Source: Paragordius varius | Lineage: Eukaryota > Animalia > Nematomorpha | Length of the DNA stretch: 64,000 nt | Direction: 5' to 3' | NCBI GenBank assembly: GCA_964247055.1 | Contig: OZ176053.1 | Span: 10,540,001 to 10,604,000 of the forward strand | Part shown: positions 39,101 through 51,099 of the stretch, in pieces | Position numbering within the stretch: the first letter of the stretch is position 1 | Layout: the number at the start of each line of letters is the position of its first letter | Position numbers and translations under genes: made by a program | Notes under the pieces: model-generated | The model's database searches: none | Seen by the model: only the letters and a program-made list of their open reading frames with translations | Told to the model about the DNA's origin: nothing

Positions 39101-41848
39101 TAGTTGAAGTTTTAAAGAATTATGATTTTATCTTCGATAAAGGTATGGATTCTGCATCATTGGCACAAAAACAAAAAGGCTGGAAATTAATCCGAGATGA
39201 CTTTATCGTCAAGAGTGGAAGGAATATAACGGAACGACAGCTAAGGAAAGCCCTTAATAACATGAAAAGTCAAATCAAAAAGAAATATATGACATTGGGT
39301 CAAAATAAACGTGTAACTCTACGTAAATGGGAACAAGAACTATTGAATTTAACAACTAAATCGTTTGTTGCCAACAATAATGAAATAACATCGTCCTCCT
39401 TTGATGATAGTGACATAAAAGCCGACTCCAACCTTGATAATGGTAATAAAATATATTGTACAGATTCAGGTAAAACGTATGTTTATAGTTTTAGGAGTTG
39501 AGAATAATGATATTTCAATGGTATCTCATCAACCTTTAAAAATTACAATTTATGATGAAGACGATGATCAAACACCTGATGACTTTTCAAGTATTTTATG
39601 AATTCATAAAGTAAATTTTTTTAGATTCAAATAGTTTGGATATTACAGATAAGACAAATATCGCAATGGCCGATAATCAAACTAAAGAAACTCAGAATAA
39701 AATTGATATGCCCAACATCAATAGCAATAAGTGTAATTTAAATAATATATTATTACAAGAACAAATAAACCTGACTAGAATGCAAATTAAACGTGAAAAA
39801 TTACTTGTAAAATTATTAGAAAATATTATACAATAATAAATATTTTAAATATAACACTATATCTTTGTCTTTAAAGCGACATTTTAATCTGTAATACTTT
39901 CTGGCAAATAGTAACATAATTATCTATCAAGTGTTAACTAAATATTTTAAACTTAATCTAATAATGGGAAAAAAGGCTAAAATATGGTATAATTATGGGC
40001 AATATTCTAATTCTTTCAAAAGGCATTTTTTCTGTCATAATTGTTTGCAAAAGTTTAACCCAGTAAAATTCTTTACAATTAGGATTATCCCCATTTGATC
40101 GATAAATTAATAAAGTAAGTAGTTAACAAATTATAAATTGTTAACAAATTTAATGAGTATCAATGAAATTTAATTTTGCATATTTAAAAATTATATCAGG
40201 CCTTTTTGAGAAGTTAAAAAAATTCAATCCAATTACAAAAAATAAATCCGAATATGCCTTTAATAAAATTAATAAAGTCAAATTTTATTTAAAGTGGCTT
40301 TTAAAAAATCAATTTCTAACAAATATAATTAAAACATGAATAAAATATAGGTCTAATAATTATTCTAAGAAGGATATTTCATATGGTTGAATTTACCTGA
40401 CAAAGAATCAAATATATAATTAGGAAAGGAAAAATTCAAATATTTACAAATATTATTGTCATTAGTAAAAATCTTAATAAAATATATATATATATATATA
40501 CCTAAGCCAATTTTTTATGAAAACATATAAAAGTAAAAATGGGTAACTATAAAAATACATTCTCAAATATTTATGCAGGAATTTTTTTAAAAAAGTATTA
40601 TTTTTACCATTTTCGTTTTCCAACATATCATCGTCCTCACCATCGGATCTTTCATCAATATTCCGCAAGGTAAAAGACGAAGCAGTTTGCCCTAAAATTT
40701 GGTAAAATTATTAATTTAATTTTCCAAATAAGTTCAGCCTTTTCCCAACTATGTTTTAGGATATTTAAAACAATTGTATTAACTTAAAAAAAATTATAGA
40801 AAAATATTTGGCGTCAAATTTAAGATAAAAGTTTTTGGCTTATTTTTATTTCGGATAATTTGTTTAATGTTATAATGTGAGGATTTAGTATAACAACTGG
40901 GTGGAGAACTTCCCCAAAATGTATTCAAATAAAGATTAAATATTAAATTAGCTATTAAACAAAAAACATGGAGAACGTATAAAAAAGTATCTGTGTTCCA
41001 ATAAAATTCAAAAAATACCAAAAAATATGTTGGCTGTATAGGAAATAAAGCTTTGAATTAATAATATATAAATATTAATTAAAGAGGCAAAATAGTACAA
41101 ATTTTTAATAAAACAACAATTGAAAAATTAAATTAAAAAACAAATTAATTATATTTCTTGTAAGTCTCAAAAATTTAATACGGAAAAATAATACCGTTTT
41201 CGTGAGTTTTATCCTCCGGATTTTCATCATTTACATTTAAGCGTTTTTGGACCATAACCGAAAAGTAATTTTGGATTTTATCCCGCCTAAATTTAACACT
41301 TTTAAAATATACCTTTCAAACTCCATTTCTGCTTCGTCATAATCCAGAGTTTTATATTTTGGAATGGATTTAAATGAGTACCAATTCGATATGGGGAAGG
41401 CCTCAAAACATGAACCATCAGAAGATTGCATTAAAACATAATATGATGCATTTTCACTAATTAGTCCTTCTTTAAGTCCTTTATAACTATACTATTTATG
41501 CAATTGATTCGTACCTCCGTAATGATTTTCCTGACCCAATATTCATGTTCCATGTTTTATCATCCATTTTTTTCCTATAATCTTTGGCTTGTTTTTCGCC
41601 CTTGATAAACTGTGAATATGAGCTCCCGGCCCCAAATTTTGGCTCCTCATCATCCGCTATATTATTTTTTATTTTGGAGTTGGATTCAAGCTCATGATTT
41701 CTCAAAATTTTACCAGGGAGATTGGGAATAAATTCGTGTTGAAGTGGAATGTTAAATTTCATAGCTTCATATTTTTGTTGAGGTTTTAATCTAAAATAAA
41801 ATGTAAAATATACTTTCCCAATTTTATTGTATATTGTTGCATGGCCAT
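33179..41848 (-). CDS. GTF2F1: General transcription factor IIF subunit 1 (TFIIF-alpha / RAP74)
   Basis: Exon 1 41848-41814; KYEAMKFN, FGAGS, YKGLKEG..ENASYY, FEAFPISNWYSF, acidic middle with SDDGDVEGQELDYMS, C-terminal YLQRRPMTAKELLHKF..ILKNLNP..KLFLSL. Intron 5 spans 35578-40607. Confidence 0.93.
36830..38000 (-). mobile_element. Decayed mariner (Mos1-like) element in RAP74 intron 5
   Basis: Broken frames resemble Mos1: LYDDSTQTQ, EKRPKW..HDDKVISLH, YSSDL, HFNNFEDVEKWLVEWFAAK. Contains a tandem duplication of about 35 bp near 37535-37600. Ends are approximate. Confidence 0.75.
39067..39836 (+). CDS. Myb/SANT-like (MSANTD/MADF-type) DNA-binding protein, nested antisense in RAP74 intron 5
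   Basis: Exons 39067-39469, 39495-39590, 39625-39836 with 25- and 34-nt introns in phase. N-terminal ILVEVLKNYDFIFDK..KQKGWKLIRDDF..RQLRKALNNMK..KK fits Myb/SANT-like; C-terminal LLQEQINLTRMQIKREKLLVKLLE looks coiled-coil. Confidence 0.75.
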
Positions 41849-41883
41849 GTGGTTTCTTTTACATTCCTATTGCCAGTTGATGT

Positions 41884-43909
41884 ATGAATTTTCAGGAGTT
41901 AGCCGATATAACCGTTCAAAAATTATTTAAATATAACGATTTATTGGATTGGAAAATCCTGAAAAAATCGGTATAACTTTATTTTATCTTTATTATAGGG
42001 TGATGCAGTGATATCTTGCAAACCGTCCCCTGACCAGGATGGAAATTTGTATATTAAATTTTATAATCAAAAAATATTTTTTAATTAATTTATAGGTACA
42101 AATTGGAATGTACTCTTGATGCGCACCCGGAAACTGTGTTTGATCATGTTTTCCCTCATCAGAATATGTCTTTTCGGCTGTCGTGGGATTCGAATCTTGA
42201 ATTATTAGAAAAGATTGAAGAAATTTCTAAAGTTTTATGGTAATTATATATGTCAAGGATGTATTTATAACAAGGACCTATGTCAAAGGTGGATTGATGG
42301 GATTAATATCTGGTCGTGAATTTGTTGATCTCACAAAAATCACTCGTCAAAATGGAGTCATTTGTTTCACGGGTATATATTATCTAAAAAATGGCCAGTA
42401 GGTATACATACAATTACAACAAATCGAATTTCGATAATAATTTAATATTAATTAATTATTGGGTATATCTTAACATAAAGCGTTTTATCAAATAACTTAT
42501 AAAAAAGCGTCTTTGTTCTTATCTCTAATAGAATATGGCATAAAGTCATTAAGGTTTTGTCAAATCAAGAGCCTTTTGTAAAATATATTTTACCACATTT
42601 ATAATTAAAACCAAAATTTACTTATGTATTGATTAAAAAACGGAAACTTTGATAAACATGGATTTATTATATAGCTCATAGTATAACACACAAGAAATGT
42701 CCATTAGAAAATTCAGCTTACATTCGTGCCTTCAATTACCCCTGTGGGATTTTCTGTTTCTCCATACCAGAGTAATCAATTTTATCATTAAACTTAATGA
42801 TACTTTTTACATGTATTTTGCGATATAAAAAATTTAAATTATTATTTTATTGAAATCATCGATTATTTATCTTAACGGTTTATTAAATTGAACACATAAT
42901 TTTTAGGGTAAATTAATCGTTTAAAGTATTCATACATTTATCTGACCTCTCCCCCAAATATTTTACGAATTTTTTTTATAACTAAATGAACGATTAATAT
43001 TTACTTAAAGCTCTTATACATGTTTAAATACTTGTGTATTTTAGTTTAATATATGTTGAGCTAATTTCTATGTAAATCAAATTTCTAAAATCTTTATAAG
43101 TACCGATATTTTTAAAATGTTTTTACTATGATATTCATTTTATATACCATTTACAGTTCAAATTCACCCTTAAACAATTCAAATTCACCCTTAAACAATT
43201 CAAATTCACCCTTGAACAATTCAAATTCATCCTCGAACAATTCAAATTCACCCTCAAATAAATAACATGTTTTTCAAGATTAAAAATTACCTATATTATA
43301 ATATATTTTTAAAAAATAAAATTTTGTTTTAAATTAAAATAATACTGAAAAAAATAATTAATTATGCCATAAAGATATATTTTATATTAATAATGAGTTA
43401 TATTAGTTCGAAAACACATGATTTATTTTTAGGGTGAATTTGAATTGTTCAAGGGTGAATTTGAATTGTTCAAGGGTGAATTTGAATTGTTCGAGGGTGA
43501 ATTTGAATTGTTTAAGGGTGAATTTGAACTGTAAATGGTATATTTAAAAATGCAAGATAGCCATATACCAAGTAATTTATTGATGTATGTTAAAACAAAT
43601 TTAGATTGAATATTTACTATTATAAGTACTAATTCCTGTTTTTATCATACTAATCTAAATGTCTTATACGACATTTTATATTTTAGTGAGCCACATAAAA
43701 CGCATCTGGTGAAATTCATTCAAGCCGATTTGGGCGGGAAAATTCCCCATTCCTTGGTTCATGCAGCATTACCGTCCAACTTGTTAAATTTTTATAATAA
43801 TTTGGCTAAAGCCCTTGAAAGACATCGAAAAAATCTTGGCGTTAAAAAGAATATGGAGCTAGACTCAAATCATCCCAGTAGCTTTAATACTCAAACACAA
43901 AAGGCATAA
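41884..43909 (+). CDS. StAR-related lipid transfer protein (STARD4/5/6-like, START domain only)
   Basis: Exons 41884-41970, 41999-42048, 42096-42231, 42258-42372, 42675-42771, 43687-43909 in phase. R..WD, GLISGREFVDL, IRAFNYPCG and FIQADLGGKIP START motifs. Confidence 0.88.
43142..43543. mobile_element. Foldback/MITE with long TIRs built from 21-bp tandem repeats (last STARD intron)
   Basis: Left arm ATATACCATTTACAG then 5x TTCAAATTCACCCTT(A/G)AACAA; right arm is the reverse complement ending CTGTAAATGGTATAT. TA at both ends. Confidence 0.88.
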
Positions 43910-44300
43910 TACAGTTAGTTATAACAATAATTTGATTGTGATTACAAATTGTCACTTTTTTTATCATTTTTCCACAAAAAAATAGTCCGCTTATTTTTGC
44001 ATTCCAAGATTATAGATCTGTATGTAAGGATTATAAACATTGTATAATCTCACTTAGTTATATAGATTTTAATTTTCATTATATAATAATAAATAACTTG
44101 TATAATTATATATAGCTCGTTTATAGCATGATATTTGCCATTCACAAATTTTATTTTTCTTACATTGATAGATATTAGATTATTTATATGATCATATATA
44201 CCCTCCAAAATGACTTTTATACAACAAGACATTAAATACCATAATATATTTTTTTTAATAAATTTATTTTTTTGTCAATCATGTATTTAATCAATTCGAT

Positions 44301-46387
44301 TTAATCAGACTTTGTTCGCACATTATCGGATTTTGGGAGATGTTTATTTATTTTGACTAAGATTTCTTTGATCTTAAATGTTTTCATTAGCGCATCATAA
44401 TTAAGTTCCAAAGGCCGTTCAACATTATGTCCAACATCTGTATTATAATGATATAAATACTAAAGGATTTTGACTATATGGTAAAAAGACTATCCACAGC
44501 CGTAAAATATTTGAATCAAATTAGATTATAATTATTATAAAACAGTTTTATCCAATACAACCTGTATCTTAAATTTTTATATGTTGAAATTGTTAAATAA
44601 GGTAATTTAAATAGAAAATAAAAAGTCAAAATTTATGATTAGTTTTTAAATCCTTAAAATAATATATATATCATTTAAAGTAACACTTTCATATTTCATA
44701 AATGATTTTGGGTACATTATGTATACCTAAAACGGGCCTCCTAATTTTTTCGATCCCATTTTCATATAAAATTAGGGTTGGGGTTTGTTTTTCCGATATC
44801 TTGGTGTCCAAACTAATTTCAAAACATTCCTTAGCAAGCGCATCAAAGTTTGTCATGGTATCAATCGCATAAAATTGAACATAATCTTCAACAAAATGTT
44901 GTTTGGTTGAACTTGAACAATTTACATGCTGTGATGCAAAATTCTTATTTATATATTCCAGTATTTGATCAATAAGTGGCCGTAATATATGTATGTGATT
45001 CGGAGAGGATGGAACAAACAAATATGCGAATGTGTATATTGGATTTAATTCTAAAATATTTTAACAACCTTTCGTTATATCAAGATACTAATTATCATGA
45101 TTAATTTCAGCAATTAAAGAAAAGGGAATCTTAAATCGAACGGTTCGGTTATATTTTTGTATGAATAAAGCCATCTGGCCAAAAATAAAGATATAAATAG
45201 GAAAATTTATATGATAATTTTTCAAAAATCCAAAAAAGATGCTCTCATGTTAGAATAAAATAAAAACAATATAAAATAAGGTAAAAACGCATTAAATTTA
45301 AAAAATGATATTTTTTCTAAAAAACGATTTTCAAATGGGTTCTAAAAAAATTGCCGATTCTAGAAAAAGACAAATATAGAAATGTAACGAAAATTCAATT
45401 ACCTGTATGTTTTTGATTTTCATTTAGAGCCTTCACAAAATCTAGCGGTGAAATGCGCTTAAACGTTAAAGTATTTGAAGCGCCAGGTGAATTAGTTGAA
45501 ACTGGAGGTTGGGGCAAATATAGTAATTGTAAAATGCAACAAAAAGCATAAATGAAAGCAAGGGGCAATGCTGATAAACCACTCCGCACAAGTAATGCCA
45601 AAGTAGCGAATTTCGTAAACCTATAGAAAATTATATAATCTTTTATTTTATTACTTTTTATAAAGGATTGGAACCTAACCCAATATATTTTTTGAGAAAT
45701 AACAATTTCACCAATATATGGAACTTAATTTTGGTTCTAATTGAGAAAAAAATTGTTTCCGGTCCTATTTTGACAAATAATGATGATTTTTGGATTTATG
45801 AATTTACTGATATTAAGTTAATTTTATAGAGTGAATACAATAGCCATTAAAATATAAACACATTTATTAGTAATTTGTGAAAAATATATATTTTTTTAAA
45901 GTAAACCAGAATCCATGCAAATTTAACAATTTCTAAATGGAACAAAGGATTAAAATAAAGAATGATATCTTTGAAACCATTTATAACCGCGGTTTCAATT
46001 AAAATAACCTTAGGACTGTTTTTAGTGCCAAGGGGGCTCCAAAGGTTAAGTTTTTGGTTAAAATCCGTGATATTCATTTAAATATTAAATTTAGATAAAA
46101 ATATGCTCAAACATATTGCCCACTAAAGTTATATACCTAGTGATCACTTTAAAAGCATCCACAAACGATTTCACATTTCGCATTTTGAAAGTAATACATA
46201 TTCCCAAAAATAAAATAATTTCTTTTTCTCTCCAATCCATAATGCAAGGATCAAAATTATTTTTGGGTGACATATTTGAGGAATAAATCCATGTACAAAT
46301 CGGCGAAATATGTTTTGTAAATATAAACACCAAACTTAAAATTAAATCCACAATATAATGTGGATGATAAAATTGTTGCAACATCAT
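44301..46387 (-). CDS. TMX2: Thioredoxin-related transmembrane protein 2
   Basis: Exons 46387-46137, 45620-45403, 45050-~44732, 44437-44301. HPHYIVDLILS, PCIMDWREKEIILFL and KQTPTLILYENGIEKIRRP match TMX2 motifs. Confidence 0.85.
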
Positions 46388-46397
46388 TTAATGTTTT

Positions 46398-46783
46398 TTA
46401 CCTAAACAATTTCAATTTATTTAAATATGGTAATAATTCCTCTTTATAATATGGTTTTATAGCTAAAGCTGTAGGAATGTTTTCTGGTTGTTCAATCCAC
46501 AATTTATAATCAATATTATTCTTTGTTAATTGTTCAGTTAAATCTTGCAAAGCGTTTTGATTTTCAATCTAAAATAGAAGATAAGCCTAACTTGTAAAAC
46601 AACTTTATGCATAGAATCCAAATTGGAAAAATATTTTATAACATTTTCATCATTATAAAATAAATGAAGAACTGCTGTAGATGCGTGGCAAGCTTGAGTA
46701 ATTATAGATCCAATGTTCCACTTTTTATCAGTCAATAAATCTTTTCTCACTATAATATATTGTACGAGGTCTTTAAATGACAT
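46398..46783 (-). CDS. PTRHD1: Peptidyl-tRNA hydrolase domain-containing 1 (PTH2 family), 120 aa
   Basis: Exons 46783-46592 and 46568-46398, 23-nt intron. VQYIIVRKDL, GSIITQACHAS, MHKVVL, KLWIEQPENIPTALAIKPY, LKLFR*. Confidence 0.92.
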
Positions 46784-46820
46784 GTGAAAAGCCTGGAGCC
46801 ATTTAACATTTGGGTCTTAA

Positions 46821-47364
46821 CACTTCAATTCGAATTGGGGTATCTAAATCCAGACTATATTAAAATTGATATTTTTAAAAAACTATTAAAGGAAACGGTC
46901 CCAAAACGCTCCTATCCTACAAATTATATAAATAAGCCAGAATATCTAAATATAATTTTGTGAAATAAAGTTCTATATCAAACCACTTCGCCATTTTATT
47001 TTACAAAATTTTTGCAAAATTTCGTGGTCATTAAATTTTAAAGGAAAATTACAGCTAATTTTTTAATTCATTCAACATTGATAGAAATAGAAATGGTTTA
47101 TTTTGTATTATTTTTAAAATTAGCCAATGAACACATGTTACGTTGAATAAATTTTTTACCTTTGGGTTTCGCATTATAATAAGTAGTATCAAATATTTTT
47201 GAATTTTATATATTTCGGTTTATTGATGTTATATAAGTGCAAATTTTTGCAATGGGTTTAATTCCTTCCATATTTTTCAAGGTATTTAATTTTAAACAAG
47301 CCTGGGGTATCTAACTTCCCCAATTTTTATCGAAGGACTGAAATGAATGTGTTGTATCCAAGTG
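46821..47364 (+). mobile_element. piggyBac-type (TTAA) MITE
   Basis: TTAA|CACTT ... AAGTG|TTAA. Confidence 0.88.
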
Positions 47365-47610
47365 TTAAATTACATCATATTCGGTATTTTTTATTTTATT
47401 GCCATTGTGGAATATTTATGGATACCAAACGTGTAATAATATAATCAATATAAAAGCTGAATGCGATAAAAATATAAATTTGAACTGAAATTCTGTATTC
47501 TTTGGCTCATTTAAAATACGCTTTATTGGCCCATACGGAAAAATTTTTGTCCTTATTAATGGTCCATACGCAATGCTACCAGGCCCTGATTCTGTGATGT
47601 ATTTATTTAA

Positions 47611-48114
47611 CACTTTGATTCAAAAATGGAATCTAAATATCCCAGACTATATAAAAAACTATTGAAGGAAAAGATTTTCATTTATGCTTCTATCCAAATT
47701 AAAATTAGTTTATAAATAAAAGTTCTTATCAACTACTTAACGCCATTCTATTTTTATAGCATTTCTCCAAAATATCGTGTTAATTGATTCTAGGCCTAAA
47801 ATTATATTTACTTTTTTATAAAATGAAATTTAACATTGATATAAATCAAAAACGTGTTTTTGGTATTATTTTTATATTAAGCATTTGCACACATGTCAAT
47901 TCGTCTATATTACCTTTAAGTATTACCTTAATATAAGATATATTAAGTTTCAATCGAATTTTTTTTATATTTAGGATTAATGTTATATTAGTGCAAACTT
48001 TTGTCATAGCCTTAATTCCTTCCATATTTTAAAATTTTATTTTGAACAAGCGTGGGGTATCTAACTACCTCAATTCGAACCGAATCATAAAAATGATTGT
48101 GATGTATCCAAGTG
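47611..48114 (+). mobile_element. piggyBac-type (TTAA) MITE, right TSD altered
   Basis: TTAA|CACTTTGATTC ... GATGTATCCAAGTG followed by aatc; body homologous to the family. Confidence 0.8.
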
Positions 48115-49884
48115 AATCTTATGTATCTATCCCCTATGCAATGTCGAGTCTGTCTTAAAAGCACGGTCCTTAGTACTTCATGAGTTTTTGGGATGAATTT
48201 ATATCCCCGAGAGATTAGTTTAAAATATATGCTTTCTTCAGGGTTTCGGTACATAATACATTAATTTTTTATAAATTTAATGTAAAATAATCCTCTTCTC
48301 AAACTTTTTCGCCGCCATTTATTTCCATTAATTTTTTTAAATCGCCAATACATCGGCAAATAAACATATATTGTGGTTAGAATATGTAAATAATTAAATT
48401 TAATCATTTATGTTGCATTTTATTAGCCAAAATATTTTATAATTTTGAACTCATGTATAGTTAAATTGTGCTTAAGAATTGTTTCAAATTTGCTCTATTT
48501 AATACATTAACATTTTTTCATATAATTAGGTGATTTTCATCAGATCAAAATTTGAATTAAGTATTCGTTCTTTTTCAGATTTTATATAAATAATTTATTT
48601 CAAATATTTATTAATATGTGAAAGCAAAGAAATATTTATATTAAAATTCTGAAGCGATGGAAATGTTCAAGATCATCGAATTAAATAAGGTGTTTTTATA
48701 ATGTGTTAAAGCGTTTCTACTGTTTCCATTATGCCTTAACAGTATAAAGTACCCTTTAACAAAATTTGTTAAAATAATTTTTGATGCATTTTTAAAAATA
48801 TTTTCAAATGAGGCCAAAATTTAGCACATACTTAAAATTTATATCGCTGGATCTCAGCCTATTTGCTTCTTTTTTAAGAATTTTAGCCTACTTTAGAATA
48901 GCTAAAAGATTTGGGGAACACCACTTCTAAAAATCAAATTTTTTAAAAAATATTGTTGCTTTTATATGTGGATTATAATATATATTAAAGTGATATTTTC
49001 TAGAATGAAGCATTGAGCTTTCACCAAAAAATATTATTTAAAAAAATGTCCGCAAACCATTTGATACTGACCACTTACCATAAATGCGTTAATAACTCTT
49101 TTACATCACTGGTAAGGGCCAAAAAAAGTAGCATGATATTTCTGATACATTTTCCTAGAGTCTATATATTAAATCAATTTTTTTAAAATAGCCCGATAGG
49201 AAATGTATAGTCGATCCTATTATAATTTTGAGCCTGACTAACTTGATATTTATTAATTTTAATTTCATAAAAAATATGGTATGGGCTACAAAAATTAATT
49301 TTTACTTTTAATAATGTAGCGATCGAAATACACAGTACACACAAAAAATACCCTTATGAAATATATAATTTTGATAGAATATGTATCAGAAATATAATGG
49401 TGCATTTTTTGTGTGGGCTATTTAAGTTATATGAAAAAGTTAAAATATTTTTGGTAATAGTCTTTATCTTCAAAAGTGAGGGAAAGTGAATTGAGTGAAT
49501 TTATTTTTGATTCCACGTCTCCTATTTTTAGTTTTGCCCAAGTAAGGTCGTCATATTAAGTACCGAGTGAGCTTATGTTTCTCTGATTATGACCAATAGA
49601 ATAGATATCATTTTAGAGTTATAATTATCAAGAGGTCTGCGTTAAATGGACCAGCTCATCTTGTTCTTTTGGCTCTTAGAAAGGGATGAAGAGCAATTTT
49701 GAGAATTTATAGGGATCAAATTGATTATTTATAGAGTCCAAGATTATGCAATTACTTATACCTTTAATATGAAACTGTTAACTTCAAATATTTAGCTGAT
49801 AAATCCGCTAAGGAAGGTATCAATATTAACCCAAACATAGGTCATCTGAAGCATGGAAAAAATACCATGGCCTTAAATTCATAA

Positions 49885-50635
49885 CACTAGACAACATCTT
49901 TTTCTGTCACACGAATTTTTTGCATTTTCTGATCTTTGCCATTATATTAACAGTATTACTAAAATAAAAATTAAAATTTCACCTAAGAATTTTGTAAACA
50001 CACAAGAAAGTTATTTTGATTAAAACATTTATTTTTTGCTTTTGTATCATTCAATAGAGCCATTTTAAATTTTTTGTTTTTAAAATAATTAACATCCTAT
50101 CTCTGTTAAATATTTTTTTTAAAAATGTTATAAATTTAAAAGACTATATGTTCTTGATCTTATATAACCATTATGTAATAAATTTACAGTTACACTATGC
50201 ATTAGTAACATCTAGTTAAAATAATTAGGAGAATAATGATTTTGTTGAAAAAGCAAACCAAAAGCTTTTTCAAAGATTTTTTATTAAAATTTGTACAAAT
50301 GTAACCCTAATAATTATATTAAAAGAATGATATTTAAATTAATTCGTTGAAAATTTTTCACTTATTTAAGGGTTAAAATGACTATATAAATCCAAATAAT
50401 CACATCAGTTAAAATGAGTAACTATTATTTGAAAGATTCATGCTCTCGCGCTTTTTCGAATGATATTAAATAGATAACTCAATATCTAAAACTTATAATT
50501 TTAAAAATTTCGAGTTTAATGGTGAATCGGGCAATAGAAAAATTATTAAGCGTTACATCAATTTTTTCTTTATACTATTTATGTACTTTAATGACTTAAA
50601 AAAGTAAAATTTGTTGTCTGGTGTAATAAATATTA
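49885..50635. mobile_element. Second copy (left part) of the CACTAG-ended element
   Basis: Begins ataa|CACTAGAC; collinear with 582-700 and 975-1620. Confidence 0.6.
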
Positions 50636-51099
50636 AATTTATCAACCTTGAAACGAAATCGCAACTACATTCTTCCATTACACTAGTCGACAAATTTGGA
50701 CTTTGTCGAGCACCACCACTCAAAATTTTAAATTTTGACTAATTTCATTCTAAAACCAAATTTGAAAAAAATTTTGTTCCCCCAATCAGAATTTTAAGAT
50801 ATTACAGGTTTTTCAATCTTTCAAAAACAAGAGAAAAAATTTTATAATTAATAGGTATTCTATCATCAGATTTATATATCAATTAATGAAGCGTTTTTTC
50901 AATATTGAGAAAATAGTACGGGTATAAGAGTAAAAATTTAGTCTTTTTTGAAGCTATAATCAGGTATAAATTTATATTAAAAAATACTAAAAGTATATTT
51001 TGGTTTAAACCTTCGGTTTCAGATAAGCTTTATGTATTTTGTTAGTTTTAGTTATTTTTAGTACTTATTAGGGTTTTTCGCTTCGGTTGATTCTTGCAA

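Noticed and set aside
38000-40600. Harbinger DDE transposase partner of the Myb/SANT gene
   Set aside because: No DG..H, GD..Y or R..E motifs and no TIRs recognised by eye.
43157-43530. CRISPR array
   Set aside because: 21-bp units are directly adjacent without unique spacers, form mirror arms, and the context is a eukaryotic intron with no cas genes.
47416-47613. 65-aa ORF
   Set aside because: Overlaps a hAT-like terminal fragment (CAGGGCCTGG..) between two MITEs; no splice or homology support.
50683-50712. Helitron 3' end (hairpin next to CTAG)
   Set aside because: Better explained as another left terminus of the CACTAG element family; no spacer between hairpin and CTAG and no TC 5' end found.
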